A stretch of 64,000 bases of DNA, taken from NCBI RefSeq assembly GCF_964213995.1, contig NC_135814.1:83824001-83888000 (forward strand), written 5' to 3'. The number at the start of each line of letters is the position of its first letter. Positions within the stretch are counted from its first letter, which is position 1. Source of the stretch: Mustelus asterias. Its lineage: Eukaryota. Shown here piece after piece: positions 9,701 to 23,000 of this stretch. The translations under genes were made by a program, and so were the position numbers. Under the pieces are notes generated by a model. The model was not told the DNA's origin and searched no databases. It saw only the letters and a list, made by a program, of their open reading frames with translations.

Positions 9701-11637
9701 TCGGTGGTCGGTAAGTTGATGGAAAAGGTCCTCAGGGATAGGATTTACGACCATTTAGAAAGATGCAGCTTAATCCGGGATAGTCAGCACGGATTTGTGA
9801 AGGGCAAGTCTTGCCTCACAAATTCGATAGAATTTTTTGAGGAGGTAACTAAGTATGTAGATGAAGGTCGGGCAGTTGATGTCATATACATGGATTTTAG
9901 TAAGGCGTTTGACAAAGTCCCCCATGGTCGGCTTATGATGAAAGTGAGGAGGTGTGGGATAGAGGGAAAGTTGGCCGATTGGATAGGTAACTGGCTGTCT
10001 GACCGAAGACAGAGGGTGGTGGTCGATGGAAAATTTTCGGATTGGAGGCAGGTTGCTAGCGGTGTGCCGCAGGGTCCTCTGCTCTTTGTGATTTTTATTA
10101 ATGACTTAGAGGAGGGGGCTGAAGGGTGGATCAGTAAATTTGCTGATGACACCAAGATTGGTGGAGTAGTGGATGAGGTGGAGGGCTGTTGTAGGCTGCA
10201 AAGAGACATAGATAGGATGCAAAGCTGGGCTGAAAAATGGCAAATGGAGTTTAACCCTGATAAATGTGAGGTGATTCATTTTGGTAGGACAAATTTAAAT
10301 GTGGATTACAGGGTCAAAGGTAGGGTTCTGAAGACTGTGGAGGAACAGAGAGATCTTGGGGTCCATATCCACAGATCTCTAAAGGTTGCCAGTCAAGTGG
10401 ATAGAGCTGTGAAGAAGGCCTATAGTGTGTTAGCTTTTATGAACAGGGGGTTGGAGTTTAAGAGCCGTGGGGTTATGCTGCAACTGTACAGGACCTTGGT
10501 GAGACCACATTTGGAATATTGTGTGCAGTTCTGGTCACCTCACTACAAGAAGGATGTGGAAGCGCTGGAAAGAGTGCAGAGGAGATTTACCAGGATGCTG
10601 CCTGGTTTGGAGGGTAGGTCATATGAGGAAAGGTTGAGGGAGCTAGGGCTGTTCTCTCTGGAGCGGAGGAGGCAGGGGGGAGACTTAATAGAGGTGTATA
10701 AAATGATGAAGGGGATAGATAGAGTGAACGTTCAAAGACTATTTCCTCGGGTGGATGGAGCTATTACAAGGGGGCATAACTATAGGGTTCGTGGTGGGAG
10801 ATACAGGACGGATATCAGAGGTAGGTTCTTTACGCAGAGAGTGGTTGGGGTGTGGAATGGACTGCCTGCAGTGATAGTGGAGTCAGACACTTTAGAAACA
10901 TTTAAGCGGTTATTGGATAGGCACATGGAGCACACCAGGATGATAGGGAGTGGGATAGCTTGATCTTGGTTTCAGATAAAGCTCGGCACAACATCGTGGG
11001 CCGAAGGGCCTGTTCTGTGCTGTACTGTTCTATGTTCTAATAGACATTCTATCCAATTGCAATATTCTATTACTCAGTGAGGTAGAAAGACCATCAGTTC
11101 CCAATGTGGAACAGAAATTAACATTAATATGAAAATAAATCTGTAAGGCCCAACTGGAATCCAGCCTGAAAATAATGTTCGAAAGAGTTCACCATTTTTT
11201 GTAACACTTTGAAGGAGGGATGCATGGGAATTTAGTCAACAGATAATGAATTCAATTGTTCAGTAATATCATTTGCAACTCTTCATATCCTCCCTGCTCC
11301 ACAGAAGGCTGCCTTTCTAATTGTTAAGTCCATTACACATGTGGTGTTATTTCTATTCCAGTACCGAGGTGCAAACTACAGAATGAAGATTTACGAAAGG
11401 CCTGACTTTGGGGGACAGATGATGGAATTCATGGATGACTGTCCCTCTGTCTACAATCGTTTCCGTCACCGTGACATTCACTCCTCCCATGTGATGGACG
11501 GTTACTGGACCTTCTATGAACATCCCAACTACAGAGGCCGACAGTACTTCATGAGACCCGGTGAATACAAGAGATACAGTGACTGGGGCGGCGACAACCC
11601 AACTATCGGATCTTTCAGACGCATGAGAGAATTCTAG
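6798..11637 (+). CDS. Gamma-crystallin g2 (shark gamma-S1-like), join(6798..6806,6900..7142,11362..11637), 175 aa
   Basis: MGK | [81 protein letters not shown] | YRGAN...MREF*. Classic 9-bp exon 1, 243-bp exon 2 and phase-0 introns. Intron 1 is GC-AG, intron 2 GT-AG. AATAAA at 11687. Confidence 0.95.
7335..11038 (+). mobile_element. 5'-truncated CR1 LINE (A/A' chimera) in g2 intron 2: ORF1 esterase remnant, APE endonuclease, RT; interrupted by a SINE
   Basis: ORF1 has SGNH-like blocks (VHVGTKD, DxVHLN). ORF2 has APE motifs (ITETW, YRPP, GDFN, SDH) and RT motifs (DFSKAFD, FADD). A 12-bp deletion turns PQGSVLGP into PQGP. Confidence 0.95.
8913..9267 (+). mobile_element. tRNA-derived V-SINE (HE1-like) nested in the CR1
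   Basis: A box TAGCACAGTGG 8924-8934, B box GGTTCGATTCC 8968-8978, V-domain-type core (GGGTTTCCTCTGGGTGCTCCGGTTTCCTCCCAC), CR1-like tail with (TTCTATGA)n. TSD GAATAA at 8899-8904 and 9268-9273. Absent from g3-g5. Confidence 0.93.
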
Positions 11638-13390
11638 ATTGTTCTTGATAAATGTGATTCCTCTTTGCTGAAATATTATTGAAAATAATAAAACCTCCTG
11701 TCATTCACAGTCAAGGTTTTCGTTTATTTGTGGATTGCTGTGGAGATCATTAGAAATTTCCTGGAACTGAATTCTCATCTTCGCCATTTTACACCTGTAA
11801 TCTCAGCTCATGAATATATCTCATCGGCAAAATGCAGATTTCGGAATAAACCTTGTCCATATCGTTAATAATTTAATATATTGACTCAGTGAAATTGAGA
11901 GGTTCATCCGAGTCTTCCAACTCTCCATCAATATGGGAATGGTGCCAGAGAACTGGAACATTGAAATTGTTTTTACAGAAAAATAGTGTAAATCCAGCAG
12001 CTACGGTCTTGTCACCTTGTGGTGTGGGAGAACCTTTGCTAATATTGCCTGGGATCACATTTACAGTTATTTTGCCGAGTGTAGAGTAAGAAAACTCAGC
12101 ACGGACATGTTAAAGTCAAATCATGTTTATCTTTGGCAAAAGCTTTTGACAAAGGGTCACATGGACTCAAAACGTCAGTTATCTTCTTCCCTGCCAGACC
12201 TGATGAGATTTTCCAGCATTTTCTCTTTTCATTTCATGTTTATTTATTTTGTTTGGGCGTTTATGATAAAATAGCGGATTGGATAGATGAGGGTCATGTG
12301 GTTAATGTGGATTTCTAAAGGACAATTGATAAACTGCCACATATTCGGCATGTCGGCAAAATTGAAGCTAATGAAATATGAGGGAAAGCAGCCACAAACT
12401 CACAAAGTTGGCTCAGTGACAGGAAACACGGAGTAATTGTGAATGATTACAGACAACCTGAAGCTATACAGTGGGTGTCCTGCATGGGAATCATAACTTC
12501 TAGCAAGAAACTATACTTTGTTTTACAGGGCACAATTTCAAAAGACGCTGCTGACAAAAAACGTGGAGGTATTTTAAACTGTGAGGAAGATACAGATAGA
12601 CTTTAAGAACATATAGAGAGGCTGGTGGAATGGGTGAACGCATGGCCAAGACTTTCAATGCAGAGAACTCTGAGTTGATTCATTTTGTTGGGAAGAGTGA
12701 ATAGTGGCAATATAAAAGGAAGCACAATTCTGAAATGTTACACAAACTCACAGAGCTGGAGCCATATACACACACATCACTGAATTGAGCAAGTGGTTAA
12801 AAAGGCAGACGCGATCATTAGATTTCGAAAAAGAGGAATGGAAAATAAAGGCAAGAACTTTTTGATGAATTGTTATAAAGCACTGTTTGGGTCTGAACTG
12901 AATTCTTATTTCCAATTCTGCATAGCGAATTTAGGATGAAGGTAAAAGTTGTAACAATGGTGCAGAAAAGATTCAGGAGAGTTGTTTCAGGCATGAGGGC
13001 CTTCAGTTGGGTGGATAGATTAGAGAAGCTGGGATTGTTCTCCTGACAGAAGAGAAGGTTCAGAGATGATTTGATGGATGTGTTTAAAGTTCTGAGGAGT
13101 CTGGACAAATTAAATAGAAAGGTGCTGTTTCCTTTGGTGGATGGGTTGAGAAACAGAGGACAACCATTTAAGGTGATTGGTAAAAGGAAACCAACATGAT
13201 GAAAAGCATCGTAAATATTGATCTGTTTTGCATTACTGGACAGCGTGTTAAAGGTTTCAAGAGAGAACTGTACAAGCACAGGAAGAGAAAAACTTTGCCA
13301 TGCTTCATGGAATGAGTGAGGTTTGAGAACCATTCATGGTGCTCGAGCACCAACTGGCACCAATATGGTATCAAAATCTTTGGTGGTGGG

Positions 13391-13687
13391 TGATGCGCGA
13401 TATAACACACGAGAGGCTGGATGTACTCGGGAAATAAAGGCTTTTATTGCCAACAATAACAGAGCTACTATATACAGTATATGATCCCAGACTAAAGGGT
13501 CACCAGGCAGAGCAGTGACCTTTATACCTCTCCCAGGAGGCGGAGCCAACTGGGGTGTACCATAGGACTATATTAACAGGTAGAACAGCCCAACCCTAAC
13601 CCCAACAGTAAGATATCTACAGACTCATAGTACTGGCCAGACCATGGCTCAGCACTACCTGGTGGGAACCAACAATGGTTCACCACA
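13391..13687 (-). mobile_element. Solo LTR, unit 2
   Basis: Copy of 3096-3392 with the same GTGGG TSD. Confidence 0.85.
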
Positions 13688-16600
13688 GTGGGCAGTTCAA
13701 TGACTGCATGAAATGAAGCAGAGATTAATGCCTATGTGTGTGCGAGAGAGAGAGAGAGAGATTGAAAATGTAGCTGTACCAATGATTGAGGACCACCATT
13801 CCCCAGGTGTTAGAACCGGTACCATTAAATTATATTGTATACCAGTTAATTGGAAGAGAAAATAGAAACACAACTGGCTGAAATTTCAAATTGAATCAAG
13901 TTGTAATTGCAAATAATGAAGAACAAGTTGGTCACCTACAATGTCATGAGATTCGGGAAGTGTAATAAACATTGGAACTTTAAATTAACATAATGTAGCA
14001 GAGGAAAGGATCTGGGTGTATTGGTGAATGGCAGTGCTGTGTAATGCAAGTACATCTTGGGTTATATTGCACATGGAACTGAAGACAAATCACACTGGCT
14101 GGAATGTTCATGGTTTGCAGGAGCTGCCTGACAGGAACATAGGAATGGAGGACTTAGGAGCAGGAGTAGGTCATGATCTGAACATAAATAGTGTCATTGC
14201 CGATAGAAAGATACTGAATGATACTGGTGCAATTGAGAAAGTCTCAAAGTTGCAAATACTCACTTTGTAACACCCGTTGAATTGCAAACACATATGTAGT
14301 TTATAAATGCATGAAGCTGACCAATTGAGGGAAAAATGATCGCCTCTAGACATTTAATGGAACTGAATTAATAAACCACCGTTGTTTTGGTGGCTTGTCC
14401 GAGTCTCCCTCCGTCTGAGGCATTAATATTTGAATTTTATTTTGTTATGGAATTCAATGCCTGATAAGGTGATGGAAAGTACTTCCATAGTAACCTTCAA
14501 GATCAGAGTGACACAGAGAAGCAGAATAAAAGGAGGAGGCTGTTTCGCCCCTCTGGCCAGTCCCACGTGGCTGCTCTGCACCCAATTGCCTTCACCCATT
14601 ATCTCTCAATACCTTTCGTTAACAAGAATCTATCAATCTCAGAATTAACATTTACAATAATCTAACTGCAATTGCTGTTTGTGGAAGAGATTCCCAATCT
14701 TCAGTCACCCTGTCTGACTCATTTTTTGTCCATGTCTGAAACTCTCTCAATACAATATGTTCCATCTATTTGTCCCACCTTTTCTGAATATCTTGAAAAA
14801 TTCAATCAAATCACCCCTTAACCATCTCAATTGAAGGAATTAAAATCCTGCTAAGTATAATATCTCCGGGAGCCCAGGAATATTTCTGATGAAATTATTA
14901 TACAATCCCTTCAGGGCCAGTTCATTTCTCCTAGGATGTGGTGCTCAGATCATTCACAGTGGTCCATGTGAGGTTTAACTCAAGCTTTGTTAATATGGAG
15001 CATGACTTTTCCCCACTTTTATTTATACCCTCTGGATATAAAGACCATCATTCCATTGGCATTTTAATGTATTCTCTACCTGTTGATAAAAATTTAATGA
15101 TCAAAAATATGGTTCCCAATTCTCCTTGGACTTCCGTTATTTCTAAATTTTTACCATATGGATCTCTACTTTCAGCTCCAAATTAAATCCCCTCACCTAT
15201 ATTGCCAATATTGAAATCCATTTGCCACAGGTTTTTCTATTTGCATAATCTATTAATTTGTATTTTCATGCTTCCATCAAGACTCCTTACAATAATGCCT
15301 ATCTTGCTGTCATTGGTAAACTTGAATATGTGGCTTTCTATGTCATCATCTCGGCTGTTAATAAATACTGTGAATAATTGAGGGTTCAAAACAAATTAAG
15401 AGATACCATGAGGTAGATCTTATCATTCTGAAGAACTGCCCATTATCCCTTCCCTCTTCTCCTGCCATTCAGTCATTGCCAAAGCAGGTCAATAATTTGC
15501 CTTCCCTTGCCTGAACTTCAACTTCGGCTAACGGACTCTTTGAAGGGATTTTATTTAACGCTTTCTGGAAAACCAGATTGGTAAAATTCATCGATATTTC
15601 CCAGTCCATTATCTTAGTCCCAGTTTCAAAACATTCAGTCAGATTGGTCAGGTATGACCAATGGATTCATGATGGAGGCATCTCCAGCAGATGTGTTTGC
15701 TTGAGAATATCTTGGCATCCCAAAACTCCAGCATTCCACTCTTCAGACAAATAAATTACGCTGCTATGTCTCAAATCGCCATATTTATTTAATTAATTAA
15801 TGTGTATATTCAATGACTATCTGTTGTGATATCAGATTGTTTAACTCGCTTAGCTATAAATTTGGTGTATTACATGTACTTTTTTCCAGTCCTTGTTTAA
15901 CCTCTTGCCGAAGTGTGAGGAAAACCAGACACTTTAAAACTCAACAATCACCAGCAATGCCTCTGAACCTCAGTTCTCAGGCCTCACTGACTCTTGCTCC
16001 CTCTATCAGACCAATCCTGGTTCTCTAAAGAAGCAGAACAGCACATCTTCCCCCACTGCGCCAAATTCACTCACTTACCACATTTCCGGAGTTCAGTAAG
16101 TACTCTGTCCAGTTGAACTTCATGCTACTTGTTTTGTTTGATTTATCAGCAACTGATAAGCCAACAGAATAAAACGTTACGACCATTTAACCTCCAAGCA
16201 AAAGAAAAACTTTCACCAGCGACCGGGGATGAAGGAAATGAATGCAAGATGACAGTGCCCTCTGTATGGAATGTCCACTTGTACCAAATATCTGACTTAG
16301 CACTGTGTCCACAAAGCATTCTGTTGCTCAATGTTCCTTGAATAGGATCACTCCAGATCTCCTTTTCACCATCAATGATTATTTTTTAAACCACATTCTA
16401 AAAATGTCTTTGATCACGCTACCACTGGCCTTTCTATTTCTCTGTTTACTATTCCAAAATGCCTTCAGCTTAACTGAAACTTAGAAACTAATGAAAGGTC
16501 CCACACAACAAAGCGACACTGATTCAAATATGAATTCAATACGAACAATAAAATGTTAACAAATATCATCTATGAAATCAAATAGACACATGCAGTGATT

Positions 16601-17023
16601 AAAGCTTTATGGGCTTTGGAGCACAATGGGAAATCGGATAACACTGGCAGCCAATTATATAAAATGGTGTGAATAAAAAATAACTTGTTCAGGATATATA
16701 CATCTGCCTTGTGGCCAATTCTGGAGTCTACCGCAATCATTACATGGACAAATCGGAAACACACCTGGTTGAATGTGCAGCATTAACTGTTGGGGAATTT
16801 CAGTGCAAATACAGTATCAGGAACACAATGAATACCAATGTCCTTTTGCCTTATTGACCCAACAATTAAAATGAGGTGGAGGCAAAAAACATTCAATTAT
16901 ACATAGGTTAAAATGGTTTTCTTTAGTGTATGTGGTGTGTTTTGTTGCTTTTGTGCTGAGTTCAAACTATTGCGATCATTAAAATAACAAAAGTACAGCC
17001 CAGGGAGGCAATTCTGTCCAACG

Positions 17024-17029
17024 TATAAA
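17024..17029 (+). promoter_or_regulatory. TATA box of g3
   Basis: TATAAA 67 bp upstream of ATG 17091. Confidence 0.75.
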
Positions 17030-17090
17030 TACCAAGCTGTGTGCAGCGGTGAAACATTCAGTCAGTTAGTCAGCTAACTCTGAGCTCAAA

Positions 17091-20000
17091 ATGGGAAAGG
17101 CAAGGATAAATCTGAGATATTATATTATAGTAGAACACTTCTTGCCAGATTTGACAAGTTATTAACTAATTATTCGGCCATTTTATCCACAGATCATCTT
17201 TTACGAGGACAGGAACTTCCAGGGTCGGCACTATGAGTGCAGCACTGACTGTGCCGACCTGTCCCCTTACTTCAGTCGCTGTAACTCTGTCCGTGTGGAC
17301 AGTGACTGGTGGGTGATGTATGAGAGACCCAATTACATGGGATACCAGTATGTTCTGAGCAGGGGAGATTATCCTGACTACCAGCGCTGGATGGGATTCA
17401 ATGACAACATCAGGTCATGTCGCTCCTACCCATACGTAAGTTTCCTTTGGTGACTTTTGCATGTAACCCGGATGGATGAGTGAAAAATGATAAGTAGTTG
17501 GGCAGTTGAGTTTCTTGATTTGAACTGAAGAAATCCTTAGCTGTTTTACCAATATTTTGTGTGTGGAGCATCTAAATATGCTTAATGTGAAAATGATAAC
17601 TCATACAAATCATTTTCTCAAATGTATATGGGGGAGGGGGAACAGTCACAAGTCGTGCTGCACGTCGGCACCAAAGACATAGGTAAGAGAGGGGATGGGG
17701 ATTTAAAACAGGAATTCAGGGAGCTAGGGTGGAAGCTGAGAGCCAGGACAAAACAGGTTGTCATCTCTGGTACGTTGCCGGTGCCACGGGATAGCGAGCT
17801 GAGGAACAGGGAGAGAGTGCAGTTAAACACATGGATGCAGGGATGGTGTAGGAGGGAGGGTTTCAGCTATGTGGATAATTGGAACACTTTCTGGGGAAGG
17901 TGGGACCTGTACCAACAGGACGGAGTGCACCTGAACCAGCGGGGCACCAATACCCTGGGAGGGAAATTTGCTACAGCTCTTCGGGGGGGGTGGCGGGGGT
18001 GGGGGGGGGAGGGGGGGGGAGGGGGTTTAAACTAATTTGTCAGGGGGATGGGAAAAGGAATTGTAGTCCGGAGGTCAGTGAGTGTAGTGAGGTACTGGGA
18101 ACGGTATCATGGTCAAAGGTGGGTACCAGCAGACAAGAAGGTGGGTTGAAGTGCGTCTACTTCAATGCAAAGAGCATCCAAAATAAGGTAGGTGAATTTG
18201 GGGCGTGGATTGGCACTTGGGACTACGATGTTGTGGCCATTACGGAGACATGGGTAGAACAAGGACAGGAATGGTTGTTGGAAGTTCCGGGGTATATATG
18301 TTTCAGTAAGTGTAGGGTAGCTGGTAAAAGAGGTGGAGGAGTGGCACTGTTAATCAAGGAGAGTCTAACGGCTGCAGAAAGGCATTTTGAAGGGGATCTG
18401 CCTACAGAGGTAATATGGGCTGAGGTTAGGAATAGGAAAGGAGCGGTCACGTTGTTAGGAGTTTACTATAGGCCCCCAAATAGTAATAGAGATGTGGAGC
18501 AAGAAATTGCTAAGCAGATTATGGATACGTGTGGGGGTCACAGGGTAGTTGTCATGGGGGACTTTAACTTTCCAAATATTGATTGGAGCCTTTATAGGTC
18601 GAATAGTTCGGATGGGGCAGTTTTTGTGCAGTGTGTGCAGGAGGGGTTCCTGACACAATATGTGGATAAGCCGACAAGAGGTGGGGCCACATTGGATTTG
18701 GTAATGGGAAATGAACCGGGCCAAGTGTTGGATTTGGTTGTGGGAGAGCACTTTGGAGATAGTGACCACAATTCAGTGTCTTTTGTTATTGCAATGGAGA
18801 GGGATAGGGCCATGCGGCAGGGCATAGTTTACAATTGGGGGAGAGGTAATTATGATGCAATCAGGTGGGAATTAGGAAGCATAGGATGGGAACAAAAATT
18901 GTCAGGGAAAGGCACTAATGAAAAGTGGAACTTTTTCAAGGAACAAATACTGCGTGTCCTTGATAGGTATGTCCCTGCCAGGCAGAGAGGAAATGGCCGA
19001 GTGAGGGAACCATGGTTCACAAAAGAGGTGGAATGTCTTGTCAAGAGGAAGAAGGAAGCATATGTAAGGTTGAGAAAACAAGGTTCAGTTGGCTCGATGG
19101 AGGGTTACAAGTTAGCAAGAAATGAGCTGAAAAAGGGGCTTAGGAGAGCTAGGAGGGGGCATGAGAAGTCCTTGGCGGGTCGGATCAAGGAAAACCCCAA
19201 GGCTTTTTACTCTTATGTGAGGAATAAAAGAATGACCAGGGTGAGGTTGGGGCCGGTCAAGAACGGCAGTGGGAATTTGTGCATGGAGTCAGAAGAGATA
19301 GGAGAGGTGATGAATGAATACTTTTCTTCGGTGTTCACCAAGGAGAGGGGCCATGTTTTTGAGGAAGAGAGGGTGTCACAGGCTGATAGGCTGGAGGAAG
19401 TAGATGTTCGGAGGGAAGATGTACTAGCAATTTTGAATAAACTGAAAGTTGATAAGTCCCCTGGGCCTGATGAAATATATCCTAGGAGTCTTTGGGAGGA
19501 AAGGGATGAGATAGCAGAGCTTTTGGCATTGATCTTTGCGTCCTCACTGTCCACGGGGGTGGTGCCAGAGGACTGGAGAGTGGCGAATGTGGTTCCTCTG
19601 TTTAAGAAAGGGAATAGAAATGACCCTGGTAATTACAGGCTGGTTAATCTTACTTCGGTGGTCGGTAAGTTGATGGAAAAGGTCCTCAGGGATAGGATTT
19701 ACGACCATTTAGAAAGATGCAGCTTAATCCGGGATAGTCAGCACGGATTTGTGAAGGGCAAGTCTTGCCTCACAAATTCGATAGAATTTTGTGAGGAGGT
19801 AACTAAGTATGTAGATGAAGGTCGGGCAGTTGATGTCATATACATGGATTTTAGTAAGGCGTTTGACAAAGTCCCCCATGGTCGGCTTATGAAGAAAGTA
19901 AGGATGTGTGGGATAGAGGGAAGTTTGGCCGATTGGATAGGTAACTGGCTATCTAACAGAAGACAGAGGGTGGTGGTGGTGGATGGAAAATTTTCGGACT

Positions 20001-23000
20001 GGAAACCGGTTACCAGCGGAGTGTCACAGGGATCAGTGCTTGGTCCTCTGCTATTTGTCATTTTTATAAATGACTTGGAGGAGGGGGCTGAAGGGTGGAT
20101 CAGTAAATTTGCTGATGACACCAAGATTGGTGGTGTAGTGGATGAGGTGGAGGGCTGTTGTAGGCTGCAAAGAGATATAGATAGGATGCAGAGCTGGGCT
20201 GAAAAATGGCAAATGGAGTTTAACCCTGACAAATGCGAGGTGATTCATTTTGGTAGGACAAATTTAAATGTGGATTATAGGGTCAAAGGTAGGGTTCTGA
20301 AGAATGTGGAGGAACAGAGAGATCTTGGGGTTCATATCCATAGATCTCTGAAGGTTGCCGCTCAAGTGGATAGAGCCGTGAAGAAGGCCTATAGTGTGTT
20401 GGCGTTCATTAACAGGGGGGTTGAGTTTAAGAGCCGTGGGGTTATGCTGCAACTGTACAGGACCTTGGTGAGACCACATTTGGAATATTGTGTGCAGCTC
20501 TAGTCACCTCATTATAAGAAGGATGTGGAGACACTGGAAAGAGTGCAAAGGAGATTTACCAGGATGCTGCCTGGTTTGGAGGGTAGGTCTTATGAGGAAA
20601 GGTTGAGGGAACTTGGGCTTTTCTCTTTGGAGCGGAGGAGGTTGAGAGGAGACTTGATAGAGGTTTATAAGATGATGAGGGGGACAGATAGAGTGAACGT
20701 TCAAAGACTATTTCCTCGGGTGAATGGAGTGGTAACTAGGGGGCATAACTATAGGGTTCATGGTGGGAGATATAGGAAGGATGTCCGAGGTAGGTTTTTT
20801 ACTCAGAGAGTGGTTGGGGTGTGGAATGGACTGCCTGCAGTGAGAGTGGAGTCAGAAACTTTAGGAACATTTAAGAAGCTATTGGATAGGCACATGGAGT
20901 ACTTCGGGATGATAGGGAGGAAATAGCTTGATCTGGGTTTCAGACAAAGCTCAGCACAACAACGTGGGCCGAAGGGCCTGTGCTGTGCTGTACTGTTCTA
21001 TGTTCTATATGTACAATTAATTATACTTAAATATTAAAACCATGAAACCTACAGCAAAAAACAAGGATTGTAAGAAAAGGGAGAACCAGCCGTGGATAAC
21101 GAAGGAAATAAAGGAGAGTATTAAAATAAAAACAGCTGCGTACAGAGTGGCCAAAAATAGTGGAGAAACAAGTGATTGGGAAAAATTTAAGAAACAACAA
21201 AGAGAGACTAAGAAAGCGATCAAGAAAGGAAGGATAGACTATGAAGCTAGGCTAGCAATTAATATAAAAAATGATAGTAAAAGTTTTTATAAATATATAA
21301 AAAGGAATAGAGTGGCTAGAGTGAATGTTGGACCCTTGGAGGACGAGAGGGGGGAGTTAATAGTGGGAAATGAGGATATGGCTGAGTCTTTAAATCAGTT
21401 TTTTGTGTCGGTCTTCACGGTGGAGGACACAAATAGTTTGCCAAATATTAACGATAGAGGGTTGGCAGCAGGAGAAATACTTAATACAATTAATGTTACC
21501 AGAGAGGCAGTGCTGGGTAGACTAATGGGACTGAAGGTGGATAAGTCCCCGGGTCCGGATGGAATGCATCCCAGGGTATTGAAAGAAATGTCAGAGGTAA
21601 TAGTGGATGCGTTAGTGATTATTTATCAAAACTCGTTGCATTCTGGGGTAGTGCCGGTTGATTGGAAAACGGCTAATGTTACGCCGCTGTTTAAAAAAGG
21701 AAGGAGACAAAAGGCGGGTAACTATAGGCCGGTCAGCTTAACGTCTGTAGTAGGGAAAATGCTGGAATCCATTATTAAAGAGGAGATAGCAGGGCATCTG
21801 GATAGAAATGGTTCGATCAATCAGACGTAGCATGGATTCATGAGGGGAAAGTCGTGCTTGACGAACATGTTGGATTTTTATGAAGATGTGACTAGGGCGG
21901 TTGATGGAGGAGAACCGGTGGATGCGGTGTTTTTGGATTTCCAAAAGGCGTTTGATAAGGTGCCCCATAAAAGGCTGCTGAAGAAGATTAGGGCACACGG
22001 AGTTGGGGGTAGTGTGTTAAAGTGGATTGGGGACTGGCTATCCGACAGGAAGCAAAGAGTCGGAATAAATGGGTGTTTTTCCGGTTGGAGGAAGGTAACT
22101 AGTGGCGTGCCGCAGGGAACGGTACTCGGGCCGCAACTATTTACCATTTATATAGATGATCTGGAGGAGGGGACGGAGTGTAGGGTAACGAAGTTTGCAG
22201 ACGACACAACGATAAGTGGAAAAGTGAATCGTGTGGAGGACGGAGAAGATCTGCAGAGAGATTTGGACAGGCTGAGTGAGTGGGCGAGGATATGGCAAAT
22301 GGAGTATAACGTTGATAAATGCGAGGTTATACACTTTGGAGGAAATAATAACAAATGGGATTACTATCTCAATGGAAACAAATTAAAACATGCTACCGTG
22401 CAAAGGGACCTGGGGGTCCTTGTGCATGAGACGCAAAAGCCCAGTCTGCAGGTACAACAGGTGATCAAGAAGGCAAATGGGATGTTGGCCTCTATTGCGA
22501 AGGGGATAGAATATAAAAGCAGGGATGTCTTGATGCACCTGTACAGGGCATTGGTGAGGCCGCAGCTGGAATACTGTGTGCAGTATTGGTCCCCTTATAT
22601 GAGGAAGGATATATTGGCATTGGAGGGAGTGCAGAGAAGGTTCACCCCCAGGTTGATACCGGAGATGAGGGGTTTGGATTATGAGGAGAGGCTGAGGAGA
22701 TTGGGTTTGTACTCGTTGGAGTTTAGAAGGATGAGGGGGGATCTTATGGAGACTTATAAGATAATGCGGGGGCTGGATAGGGTGGAGGCAGAGAGATTCT
22801 TTCCAATTAGTAAGGAAGTTAAAACTAGAGGACACAGCCTCAAAATAAAGGGGGGTCGGTTTAAGACAGAGTTGAGAAGGAACTTCTTCTCCCAGAGGGT
22901 GGTGAATCTCTGGAATTCTCTGCCCACTGAGGTGGTGGAGGCTACCTCGCTGAATATGTTTAAAGCGCGGATGGATGGATTCCTGATCGGTAAGGGAATT

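Noticed and set aside
9784-10209. Long antisense ORFs over the LINE RT (also 19738..20232, 22383..22835 and equivalents)
   Set aside because: Typical shadow ORFs on the reverse strand of purine-rich LINE coding sequence.
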